Origin: Bdellovibrionales bacterium
GTDB taxonomy: Bacteria; Bdellovibrionota; Bdellovibrionia; Bdellovibrionales; UBA1609
DNA: 64,000 nucleotides
Reading direction: 5' to 3'
NCBI GenBank assembly: GCA_965200025.1
Contig: OZ241325.1
Span: forward strand, 1,099,150 to 1,163,149
Shown here: piece by piece, positions 9,441 to 18,222 of the stretch
Layout: every line of letters starts with the position of its first letter
Position numbering within the stretch: the first letter of the stretch is position 1
Position numbers and translations under genes: made by a program
Notes under the pieces: generated by a model
Told to the model about the DNA's origin: nothing
Databases searched by the model: none
What the model saw: only the letters and a program-made list of their open reading frames with translations

Positions 9441-11105
9441 TTAAAACCCCATAATTTTGTGAATGGCATAAGGAAGCTGGCAAAACACCATGTTGTAGTC
9501 TTTTTTCAGCTCTTTTTGTTCTAGGTATGTTTCTGGAGCAAAAACAAAAACAGTTTTCCTGGATCCGGAATGAAATGCTTTTATCTTTTCTATCATATCC
9601 AGGTTTAAAGCACTTTTTTTGCTTCTTAAAAATTGAACATCAGGTTGATAAACAAGATGAAAAGCACAAAGCTCTGTTTCACCAATAAACCATGCCGGGT
9701 TTTCTTTTACCGGTTTATTTAAGCTTTTTCCTGTGGCGGTATAAAAAACATACTCAGCCAGCTGTTTGTAGTCTGGCAGGTTTTTGCCTTTTAACAGGTT
9801 GATTGTATTGATTTCGTCCCCAAGAGTGCAGTAGGTAAAAGACCCCCCCAGGCCTTTTTTAAGTTTGTCTTTTGCACGAGGTACACCTTTTATGACTCTG
9901 CGAACACGCTCTGCTGTAATGTTATCTGCATAATCTTCACATTCCACAAGAATAAATTTACGGTTGCCTCCGTCTTCTTTGTTAAGGTCAAGTACGGCCT
10001 GAGCTGTTGTACCGGAACCTGCAAAAGAATCCAAAATAACAGAATTTTTATCCACCCCTATTTGAATGAGACGATATATCAACCTGGAAGGTTTTGGATT
10101 ATCAAACGGATTTTTTTTATCATGGAATATTTCTTTAATCTCTTTTCGTGCAGAATCTGTGTGGCCAACTTCATCATAAGTCCATACAGTTAAAGGAACA
10201 ACCCCATGTTGCACCTCTTTTAAATATCTTTTTAATTGTGGAACACCTTTTCCGTCATGTCCAAAAAAGACACGATTTTCCTGTATCCATAATTGCATTT
10301 TTCTTTTTGTGACTCTCCAACAGGTACCTTGAGGAGGATGGTGTTTTTGCCCTGTATTAGAGTTAATGATGGGATAATCATACTCAGAGGAATAAGATTT
10401 CACACTTAAATCTCCTAACCTATAAGGACCTCTTCCATCCTGATCATTATACTTATAAAATTTGTCTTGTTTTTCTGTACGGGGTAGCAGTTTTCTCTTC
10501 CATGCTTGCGAGCCATTGTTTGTATTTTTTGCATAACACAGAATAAAGTCATGATTGTCGGAAAAGTATTTTGCATCATTGGCTGGAGCATATTTTTTTT
10601 GCCAAATGATATTTGTAATAAAATTTTCTTTTCCAAAAATTTCATCCATTATTGTTCGCAAACGATGCTGCTCATTATCATCAATACTGATAAAAATAAC
10701 ACCATCATCAGCAAGAAGCTCTTTTAGTAACTGTAGCCGGGGCCACATCATGCAAAGCCATTTGTCGTGTCTTTCCAGATCATCTGTACCTACAGTTTGA
10801 TTTAACCATTCTTTTATCATGGGGCTATTGACTTTGTCGTTATATTTCCAACCTTCATTGCCTGTATTATAAGGAGGATCAATGTAGATACATTTTATTT
10901 TGCCGGAATATCTTGGCAGTAAAGCCTTTAAAGCATGAAGGTTATCCCCGTGGATAATAAGATTATCATCCAAAGACGGGTGATCTTTTTTGCCGCCCCG
11001 GGAAGAGGAAAAAGATTTTTTCTTATTCACCTGCAAAGAACGAAAAGGCACCCTTAAGTGGTGGGAGGCAATAATGCCCTTTCCTTCAAAATCCAAAAAT
11101 GGCAT
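9441..11105 (-). CDS. mod: Type III R-M Mod subunit (adenine MTase)
   Basis: IHGDNL, YIDPPYNTG and LDSFAGSGTT. It lies directly upstream of res, with TATAAT at 11120-11125. Confidence 0.92.
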   Translation of the reverse strand: MPFLDFEGKGIIASHHLRVPFRSLQVNKKKSFSSSRGGKKDHPSLDDNLIIHGDNLHALKALLPRYSGKIKCIYIDPPYNTGNEGWKYNDKVNSPMIKEWLNQTVGTDDLERHDKWLCMMWPRLQLLKELLADDGVIFISIDDNEQHRLRTIMDEIFGKENFITNIIWQKKYAPANDAKYFSDNHDFILCYAKNTNNGSQAWKRKLLPRTEKQDKFYKYNDQDGRGPYRLGDLSVKSYSSEYDYPIINSNTGQKHHPPQGTCWRVTKRKMQLWIQENRVFFGHDGKGVPQLKRYLKEVQHGVVPLTVWTYDEVGHTDSARKEIKEIFHDKKNPFDNPKPSRLIYRLIQIGVDKNSVILDSFAGSGTTAQAVLDLNKEDGGNRKFILVECEDYADNITAERVRRVIKGVPRAKDKLKKGLGGSFTYCTLGDEINTINLLKGKNLPDYKQLAEYVFYTATGKSLNKPVKENPAWFIGETELCAFHLVYQPDVQFLRSKKSALNLDMIEKIKAFHSGSRKTVFVFAPETYLEQKELKKDYNMVFCQLPYAIHKIMGF

Positions 11106-11416
11106 AAACCACCTGCTCCATTATACTACAAGACTTTTGTCTTTAAACAGGTGCCAACCCATGTGTTGATCTTCTAAAAAACTTAAGACACCTAATAATA
11201 AACGGGATAACCTCTATGACTTTATGGGATTTTTTATCCCCAGTCTATGGCAGGATACCCCATTTTCAGGTCAAAAACCCGCTTTTCTTTATGACACTCC
11301 CCGTCAATTCGATCTGGTCCGACCATTTCTAAAAAACGGGGCTTTTCAGGGAGTGAAGCAGGGGATGATTAAAAAAAGAGTCCTGACCTCTAACTCAAAT
11401 CCCAGGTAAAAAAAGC

Positions 11417-11444
11417 TTGACAAAAAATGGGGGGGGGTAAAAAT
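11417..11444 (+). promoter_or_regulatory. Poly-G-spacer promoter cassette, copy 1 (G9)
   Basis: TTGACA-AAAAAT-G9-TAAAAAT. Confidence 0.65.
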
Positions 11445-11470
11445 GGTATCTCTACACAAAAGGTGAAATT

Positions 11471-11953
11471 ATGATGTTTGGTTTTTTTCTTCCCCTGGCA
11501 CTTGCTGGCTTTACTGCTCTGTCTTTTGCACAAAACCCCCCATCCCATGCAGCAGCAGTGCTTTGTCGATGTACACTGCAAGTGACAAAAACTAAAGAGG
11601 AAAGCCCCCATTCACAAAACCTTACAAAGGCTCAGGAGTGGTGTGTAAATTATGTTAACACCCTTTTAAAGGCAAAAGGCCACACCGGGGAATCCCAGCT
11701 CACGGCACAAGCCAGCTTTCATAGTTTCCAACCCGATCAGGATGTCTATGTGTGTGAAGCCAAAAGCCAGGAGCATTTTGCCAGTTTTGGATCTTCCCAT
11801 GAAGAGGCAAAAAAAAATGCCTACCAATCATGTCTCACCTTAATGGAACAACATTTTAATGTTTTCACTCCGGATATGGAATACCAGGTCCACCCACCGG
11901 ATGTTTTGCTCGAAGACTGCCACCCTGTAAATCCACAAACCACAATGCCCTAA
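11471..11953 (+). CDS. Secreted hypothetical protein
   Basis: Signal-peptide-like N-terminus (...ALSFA-Q) and several Cys residues. Confidence 0.75.
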   Translation: MMFGFFLPLALAGFTALSFAQNPPSHAAAVLCRCTLQVTKTKEESPHSQNLTKAQEWCVNYVNTLLKAKGHTGESQLTAQASFHSFQPDQDVYVCEAKSQEHFASFGSSHEEAKKNAYQSCLTLMEQHFNVFTPDMEYQVHPPDVLLEDCHPVNPQTTMP

Positions 11954-11991
11954 AAAACCACAAAAACAAAGCTTCCCAATACCTCAATACT

Positions 11992-12084
11992 TGGCGGAGA
12001 GAGAGGGATTCGAACCCTCGAGGTGCGGTTTAGACACCTACACGCTTTCCAAGCGTGCGCCTTCAACCACTCGGCCACCTCTCC
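11992..12084 (-). tRNA. tRNA-Ser(GGA)
   Basis: GGAGAGG stem, CACGC-TTGGAAA-GCGTG anticodon arm, long variable arm, GGTTCGAATCC and CCA. Confidence 0.97.
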
Positions 12085-12355
12085 CTCTGGTAGGAATGGA
12101 AAACACAAACTATATCACTCTTCAGGTCCCATAACAACTTTTCCCACCCCCCTATCACTTGATACACCGCTTTATTCGCCATGAGGATAAAGATTCCACA
12201 GATTCTACAACACACAAGCCAAAGCTTTCTCTAAAGAGAAAGCTCAGGAAATACCCTCACCTTATCCTCATCCTCCCCCTCCCCTTCCACAAAAAAACCT
12301 TCTTTTCTGTTTTTACTTTATTTTCTTTTCTGTTTTTTTAGTGTTTAATAAGCTT

Positions 12356-15300
12356 ATGAGCAAAGCTTCTTTTGTACATCTGCATACACACACACATTAT
12401 TCTCTGTTAAAATCCTCATGCACGGTGTCCCATTTGGTGGATCAGTGTATCAAACACCAGCAGCCCGCTTTGGCCATTACTGACTATGGCAATATGTTTG
12501 GGGTTTTGGATATGTATTTTTCTGCCATGGACAAGGGTGTTAAACCCATCCTGGGTTTGGACATTTGTTTATCGCTTCAGCCCTTAAAGCACAGAGAATC
12601 AAAACCTGTCCAGCAAAAATACTGTAACCTGGTGCTTTTGGCCCAAAATCAGGAAGGTTATAAAAATCTTTGTAAAATCAACACCATAGCTTATAAAGAG
12701 GGTTTTTATTATGTGCCACGGATCGATTTAAAAAATCTGGAACAACACAACCAGGGTGTGATAGCTCTCACAGGGGGTTTTTCTGGAGTCTTAAACAGTA
12801 CTTATTTGAAATCCGGACCTGATGCAGCACTTAAAATTCTTTCCTCACTAAAAAGTATTTATAAAGACCGCCTTTATATGGAAATCAACCGAATAAACAG
12901 CCCGGAGTGGGACAGAGCCAACACTTTCTTAATGGAAACCGGCAAGAAAGAAAACATACCCCTGATAGCCACCAACAATGTACATTATTTAAACAGGAAA
13001 GACCGCATGGTGCAGGATGTGCTTCACTGTATTGGTATCAACCGCACCTTACATGATCGAAGCCGTGAGCGTCTTCCCTCTGATCAACTATACTTTAAAA
13101 GCTCTGAGGAAATGAAAGAGCTGTTCCACGATTTGCCCGAAGCCTGTGAAGGCACCTTACACTGTCACGAACGCTGCAACCTTCAATTTACCGTTCAAAA
13201 AGGGGGAAGGCCCATTTACCACCTGCCCCGGCTCAAACTTTCTGAAGGGGCCAAAAACCCCAAAACCACACTTAAGGAATTAAGCTTTAAGGGGCTTCAG
13301 AAAAGGTGGGAGGAGTTAAAAAAGCAAAATAAAAACCTTTCAGAAACAGACAAAAACACTTACAAAGACCGGCTGGAAAAAGAGCTGAAGATTATCACCA
13401 CCCGGGGCTTTTCTGATTACTTTCTTATTATTTACGACTTTGTCCATTGGGCCAAAGAGCAGGGTATCCCTGTGGGGCCGGGCCGGGGGTCCGGGGCCAG
13501 CTCTTTGGTGGCCTATTGTCTGGAAATTACAGATTTAAACCCCATGCCTTACCACCTGCTTTTTGAAAGATTTTTAAACCCGGAGCGTATTTCTCTTCCT
13601 GATTTTGATGTGGATTTTTGCCAGGAAAACCGCGGACGGGTGATTGAGTATGTTACAGAAAAATACGGAGAGGATTATGTGGCCCAGGTGATGACTTACG
13701 GACGGCTTCAGGCCCGGGCTGCCACCCGGGATGTGGGCCGTGTGATGGGCATGAGTTATACAGAGGTGGATCGTGTCGCCAAGCTCATACCTGAAAAATT
13801 AGGCATCACTTTAAAGCAGGCCGTGGAAAGCAACACTCAGCTGAAAGAGCTTATGGACACCGACCCCCAGGTAAAAACCCTTATCACTTTGGCCCGTCAA
13901 ATTGAGGGACTTATCCGCCATGCCAGCATCCATGCCGCAGGGGTTATTATTGCCAACCATCCCATTAGGGACTATGCCCCTCTTTACCCGGGAGCACAGA
14001 GGGAAAATGTTATTCAAAGCGATTTGTATCACACAAAAAAAATAGGACTCGTTAAATTTGATTTTTTGGGTTTAAAAACTCTGACCCATATCCGCCAGGC
14101 CCTTCAACTCATCAATAAAAAAAACCATTCCCACCTTTCAGAAAAAAATATTTCTCTGCAAGATCCGGGGATTTACGAAATTATGTGCCGGGGAGACACC
14201 AAGGGGGTTTTTCAGTTTGAGGGGGAAGGTATCACAGACCTTTTAAAAAAGGCCCAGCCCTCATGTTTTGAGGACATTGTGGCCATTAATGCCCTTTACC
14301 GGCCGGGACCTATGGAAATGATCCCCTCTTATCTGGAGCGTAAAAAGGGGCTTATTAAAGTGGAGTATTTGTTTTCAGAGCTGGAGTTTATTTTAAAGGA
14401 AACCTACGGTGTGATTGTGTATCAGGAGCAGGTCCTTTTGATTGCGGCCCGTATTGCCGGTTACAGTTATGGGGAGGCGGATGTACTTCGCCGGGCCATG
14501 GGGGAAAAAAAGACCTCTGTGATGAAGAAACAAAAAACCCGTTTTCTGACAGGGGCCAAAAAAAACAACTTTGATTTAAAGAAATCAGAAAAACTTTTTG
14601 ATTTGGTGGCTGAGTTTGCCAAGTATGGATTTAACAAATCCCATGCTGCGGCCTATTGTGTTTTGGCCGCTCAAACCGCTTATTTAAAAAAATACCACCC
14701 GGTGGAGTTTTTTGCCTCTTTACTCACAGTGGAGATCAACAACACCGACAAAATGATAAAATATGTGGCAGACACAAAAGCCCATGGCATTAAGGTTTTA
14801 CCCCCTCATATTAATCATTCAGAATATCTTTTCACCACGGGGGAAAACTGTATTTACTTTTCCCTGGGAGCCATTAAGGGAGTGGGAAGACCTGCTGTGG
14901 ATGCCATACAAAAAGCCAAAAACACTTTAAAAGACAAAAAATTTAAATCTGTGATGGAGTTTTTTGAAACTATGGATACAAAAAAAGTCACCAAAAAAAC
15001 CATAGAATCCCTGGTAAAGGCCGGAGCTTTTTCAGGTATGGATATCAACGAATCAGGGATTTTATCCAATTACGAAAATCTTCTCAAACAGGTGGAACAA
15101 AAAAAACAGGACAAAGCCAGCGGACAAATCACTTTGTTTCAAAAAACACACCTGACACCTGTCTTAAAATCCTCCACCCTGTGGTCAGAAGAACAAAAAC
15201 TGGAATACGAAAAATCTGTCATGGGTTTTTATTTAAGCCAGCATCCTTTAAATCGCATGGAGTATTTAAGGGAAAGCTTAAAAGTTATACCCATAGCCTC

Positions 15301-15817
15301 TCTTTCGCATCAAAAACACAAAAGCAGTTGTTTTACATGGGGGCTTTTGGAGGAGTTAAGGGAAATCACAACCAAAAAGGGAAACACAATGGCCTTTGGA
15401 AAACTGGAGGACAACACAGGAAGTGTGGAAGTGGTGTTTTTTTCTGATGTATATGAAAAATTTGAACAGCACATTAAAACAAAAAAAGCTCTTCTGGTGA
15501 AAGCCACTTTGGAAAAAAACACCCGGTCCAATGGAAACAAACTGATAGCCGGAACCATACAACCTGTGGAGGAGAGAATACATCACTGCCAAAGAGTGGT
15601 GATTTACCTGACAGACAAAGAGCAGGACAAACTGCACACTTTAAAAAGTATTTTAATGCAATACACAGGGGAGGTGCCTCTTTATTTTTCTGTTCAGGTG
15701 AAAAACAAAAACATCCCCCTAAAACTGAACATGACAAGAGGGGTACGGGTGAATTTGGAGTTTTTAAGTCAAATAAGCAAAGTGGTGGGGGATCACAAAA
15801 AGGTGAGGATTTTTTAA
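12356..15817 (+). CDS. dnaE: DNA polymerase III alpha subunit
   Basis: FVHLHTH PHP start, GPGRGSGASSLVAY, PDFDVDF, KFDFLGL, FNKSHAAAY, QITLF clamp motif and OB domain. Confidence 0.97.
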   Translation: MSKASFVHLHTHTHYSLLKSSCTVSHLVDQCIKHQQPALAITDYGNMFGVLDMYFSAMDKGVKPILGLDICLSLQPLKHRESKPVQQKYCNLVLLAQNQEGYKNLCKINTIAYKEGFYYVPRIDLKNLEQHNQGVIALTGGFSGVLNSTYLKSGPDAALKILSSLKSIYKDRLYMEINRINSPEWDRANTFLMETGKKENIPLIATNNVHYLNRKDRMVQDVLHCIGINRTLHDRSRERLPSDQLYFKSSEEMKELFHDLPEACEGTLHCHERCNLQFTVQKGGRPIYHLPRLKLSEGAKNPKTTLKELSFKGLQKRWEELKKQNKNLSETDKNTYKDRLEKELKIITTRGFSDYFLIIYDFVHWAKEQGIPVGPGRGSGASSLVAYCLEITDLNPMPYHLLFERFLNPERISLPDFDVDFCQENRGRVIEYVTEKYGEDYVAQVMTYGRLQARAATRDVGRVMGMSYTEVDRVAKLIPEKLGITLKQAVESNTQLKELMDTDPQVKTLITLARQIEGLIRHASIHAAGVIIANHPIRDYAPLYPGAQRENVIQSDLYHTKKIGLVKFDFLGLKTLTHIRQALQLINKKNHSHLSEKNISLQDPGIYEIMCRGDTKGVFQFEGEGITDLLKKAQPSCFEDIVAINALYRPGPMEMIPSYLERKKGLIKVEYLFSELEFILKETYGVIVYQEQVLLIAARIAGYSYGEADVLRRAMGEKKTSVMKKQKTRFLTGAKKNNFDLKKSEKLFDLVAEFAKYGFNKSHAAAYCVLAAQTAYLKKYHPVEFFASLLTVEINNTDKMIKYVADTKAHGIKVLPPHINHSEYLFTTGENCIYFSLGAIKGVGRPAVDAIQKAKNTLKDKKFKSVMEFFETMDTKKVTKKTIESLVKAGAFSGMDINESGILSNYENLLKQVEQKKQDKASGQITLFQKTHLTPVLKSSTLWSEEQKLEYEKSVMGFYLSQHPLNRMEYLRESLKVIPIASLSHQKHKSSCFTWGLLEELREITTKKGNTMAFGKLEDNTGSVEVVFFSDVYEKFEQHIKTKKALLVKATLEKNTRSNGNKLIAGTIQPVEERIHHCQRVVIYLTDKEQDKLHTLKSILMQYTGEVPLYFSVQVKNKNIPLKLNMTRGVRVNLEFLSQISKVVGDHKKVRIF

Positions 15818-15820
15818 AGA

Positions 15821-16147
15821 ATGAAAAAACTTTATCGATTTATTTTACAGTTTTTACATCGTCCGGTCTGGGTTATTATAGCCTGTGGTATTTTAATGTC
15901 TGCACATATTGTTTTTGATGGCACGCTTTGGCAAATTTACAGCCTTTCAAAAAACCGAAAAGTTCTGGAGTTGAGGATAGACATGATACACAAAAAAAAC
16001 AAAGAGGTGGAAGGCAATTTAAAAAAACTCTCTTCTGATTCCTCTTTTTTGGAAAAAGAGGCCAGGGACCGACTCAACCTGGCCGGCGAAAACGACTTAA
16101 TCTTCCTCTTCCCGGAAGAGGAAGAACTCACACCCCCCCGGGAATAA
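15821..16147 (+). CDS. Septum formation initiator (FtsB/DivIC-like) protein
   Basis: N-terminal TM helix, coiled coil and LEKEARDRLNL..END.IF tail. Confidence 0.7.
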   Translation: MKKLYRFILQFLHRPVWVIIACGILMSAHIVFDGTLWQIYSLSKNRKVLELRIDMIHKKNKEVEGNLKKLSSDSSFLEKEARDRLNLAGENDLIFLFPEEEELTPPRE

Positions 16148-17054
16148 AGTTTTTAGGATTCAAAAAAAATTCCCGGGCCTGGTGAGTGTCTTTTTGAATT
16201 TGAAGGGTAAGTTTTTCCACCGTGGGGAATTTTTTTTCTTTCCTGAGGGGTTTTAAAACCTCCACCTCACACCACTGCCCGGTTTTCCACAAATCGCCAC
16301 CCTTTAACAAATGCACTTCTATCTGGTAAGATTTTTTATTCCCATCCAAAGAGGAAAAAGTGGGTCGCCAGCCAATATTCATCACGGCAGGCAAAACAGC
16401 TTTGTTTCTTTTGACACGGGTCAGGTACACCCCTCTTTGAGGTAAAATTTGCTCTCTGGCACATTTTAAATTCAAAGTGGGAAAGCCCATTTTTTTGCCT
16501 CTTCCTTTTCCTCTCACCACCTTCCCCTGAAAAGCAAAAAACCTTCCCAGAAGGGCAGACACCAAATCCCATTTCCCTTTTGCAATACCCTGCCTCACCT
16601 GTGAGCTGGAAATTCTTTTCCCCTTATACTCACAACCTCTCACCATATTCACTTTAAAGTGACCAGCCCGTGCAGTATGCTTTAAAAGCTCTTTGTCGCC
16701 CCTTCCCTGAAAACCAAAGCGAAAATTCTCCCCCACACAAAACACAGAAGGTTTGTATTTTTTTACAATATAATCCTCAATAAACTCCTGTGGGGAAAGT
16801 TTTGCAAAAGCTTTTGTAAAGGGTTGAATGATGACATAATCCAAACCCCATTTTTTTAAGAGCTGTTTTTTTTGTTCATACAGGGGAAATAACAGGGGGA
16901 CCGGCTTTAAAGAGGCCAGAACATAAGAGGGATGGGGCCAAAAAGTCAAAAGACAGGATTTTTTTTTGTACCTGCGGGCCAGGCTTACCACCTTTTGGAT
17001 TAAAAACTGATGCCCTCTATGAAGCCCATCAAAGTTACCCACAGTTAAAATCAT
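16128..17054 (-). CDS. ribF: Bifunctional riboflavin kinase/FAD synthetase
   Basis: GNFDGLHRGH, ISSS, GFPTLN, NIGWRPTF and EVHLL. Confidence 0.95.
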   Translation of the reverse strand: MILTVGNFDGLHRGHQFLIQKVVSLARRYKKKSCLLTFWPHPSYVLASLKPVPLLFPLYEQKKQLLKKWGLDYVIIQPFTKAFAKLSPQEFIEDYIVKKYKPSVFCVGENFRFGFQGRGDKELLKHTARAGHFKVNMVRGCEYKGKRISSSQVRQGIAKGKWDLVSALLGRFFAFQGKVVRGKGRGKKMGFPTLNLKCAREQILPQRGVYLTRVKRNKAVLPAVMNIGWRPTFSSLDGNKKSYQIEVHLLKGGDLWKTGQWCEVEVLKPLRKEKKFPTVEKLTLQIQKDTHQAREFFLNPKNFIPGGV

Positions 17055-17097
17055 TTTCCCGATCCCAACAGGGACTTCGCCCTCTGAAAGTTAACAG

Positions 17098-17577
17098 TTA
17101 CACCAACCGGGAAAACACAATATGGGCTATGATATCGGCCCGGGCCGCAAGCTCAGAGTCCACATAAGCCTCCCCCCTTCCCCAGTAAAAGTGGTTTTTT
17201 TGACGCTTCATCTCCACTTGCAGTTTTAAAACATCTCCAGGTACCACAGGCTTTTTAAATCGCACATGTTCGGCCCCCACAAAAAAAATTTCTTTCATGG
17301 GAGGGTCCGAAGGCAAAGCCCCGCAACACAAAGCCCCGGCCTGGGCAATAGCCTCTAAAATTAAAACCCCCGGCATAACAGCTTTGTGGGGAAAATGCCC
17401 CGGGAAAAAAAAATCTCCACTGGTGACATTCTTCACAGCCTTTAAAACACGGCCCACCACCTGCCCCGGATCTTTGGCCTCAAGAGACAAGACCTTATCC
17501 ACCAGCAAAAAAGGGTGCCTGTGGGGAAGTCGCTTTTTTATCTCCTCCACATCCAAAGGGGCTTGTAATTTTGTCAT
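17098..17577 (-). CDS. fabZ: 3-hydroxyacyl-ACP dehydratase
   Basis: LPHRHPFLLVD, FPGHFP..AVMPGVLILEAIAQ and FKKPVVPGD. Confidence 0.95.
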   Translation of the reverse strand: MTKLQAPLDVEEIKKRLPHRHPFLLVDKVLSLEAKDPGQVVGRVLKAVKNVTSGDFFFPGHFPHKAVMPGVLILEAIAQAGALCCGALPSDPPMKEIFFVGAEHVRFKKPVVPGDVLKLQVEMKRQKNHFYWGRGEAYVDSELAARADIIAHIVFSRLV

Positions 17578-18134
17578 TTGCCCTTAATTTTTTTGTAAGC
17601 CCGTACCACCTGGGCAGTCAGGTCCATCTTTGGATTCACCCATATCAGGCTGTCACGGTTTTTAATCAGGTCCACTTTTTCCTCAGCCGCCACAAGGGCC
17701 GCAGCTTTTTGTATTTTTTTCATGACTGTTTTTCTCAACTCCGTCTCTTTTTTTTGAAACTTCATCTCCTGCTCTCTGGCAAATTGCTCAATACGCATCT
17801 GCATCTGTTGTATCTCCTCGTATTTCTTCATTTTCTCCTCTTCAGACAAAATGGCCATACCTTTCTTGATTTCCTCCACTTCCTCTCTGAATTTTTTGCT
17901 TCGGTTCTGAATGTTTTGTTGGATTTTGTTTTTATCCGCCTCCAAAATTTTGCGAATACGCTTTTGCTCCCCTGTTCGCTCCACGGCTTCATTCACGCTG
18001 ATATAGGCCATTTTGTGAGAAGCCACCTCCTCCAGAGACTTTTTGGCCTGAACCTCCCCCACCAGCATAAGCCAGAGGCAAAAAAAGCTTAAGCCCGTTT
18101 TTAAACCCGTATAATGTTGTGTTGTTCTTTTCAT
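17574..18134 (-). CDS. skp: Skp/OmpH periplasmic chaperone
   Basis: Signal peptide, KMAYISV, coiled coil and DLT..V end. Positioned between bamA and fabZ. Confidence 0.82.
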   Translation of the reverse strand: MKRTTQHYTGLKTGLSFFCLWLMLVGEVQAKKSLEEVASHKMAYISVNEAVERTGEQKRIRKILEADKNKIQQNIQNRSKKFREEVEEIKKGMAILSEEEKMKKYEEIQQMQMRIEQFAREQEMKFQKKETELRKTVMKKIQKAAALVAAEEKVDLIKNRDSLIWVNPKMDLTAQVVRAYKKIKGK

Positions 18135-18222
18135 TTTTTTCTCCTTCCGGTTGAGATCATACTTTGTTTTTTATAACTCGATGTTTGTGCTTTTGTCACC
18201 TCCTGATTTTTTTTTACTTCAT

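Larger units (their letters stand above)
4295..11349. mobile_element. tRNA-Pro-anchored defence island bounded by 34-bp imperfect direct repeats; no integrase seen
   Basis: GGTCCGACCATTTCT-N7-GGGGCTTTTCAG occurs at 4295-4328 and 11316-11349 (31/34 identical). The cargo is AT-rich defence genes. Confidence 0.75.

Noticed and set aside
9421-9483. N-terminal extension of Res overlapping mod
   Set aside because: TTG 9420 with an AGGAG RBS gives the typical (M)ELKDYQ start.
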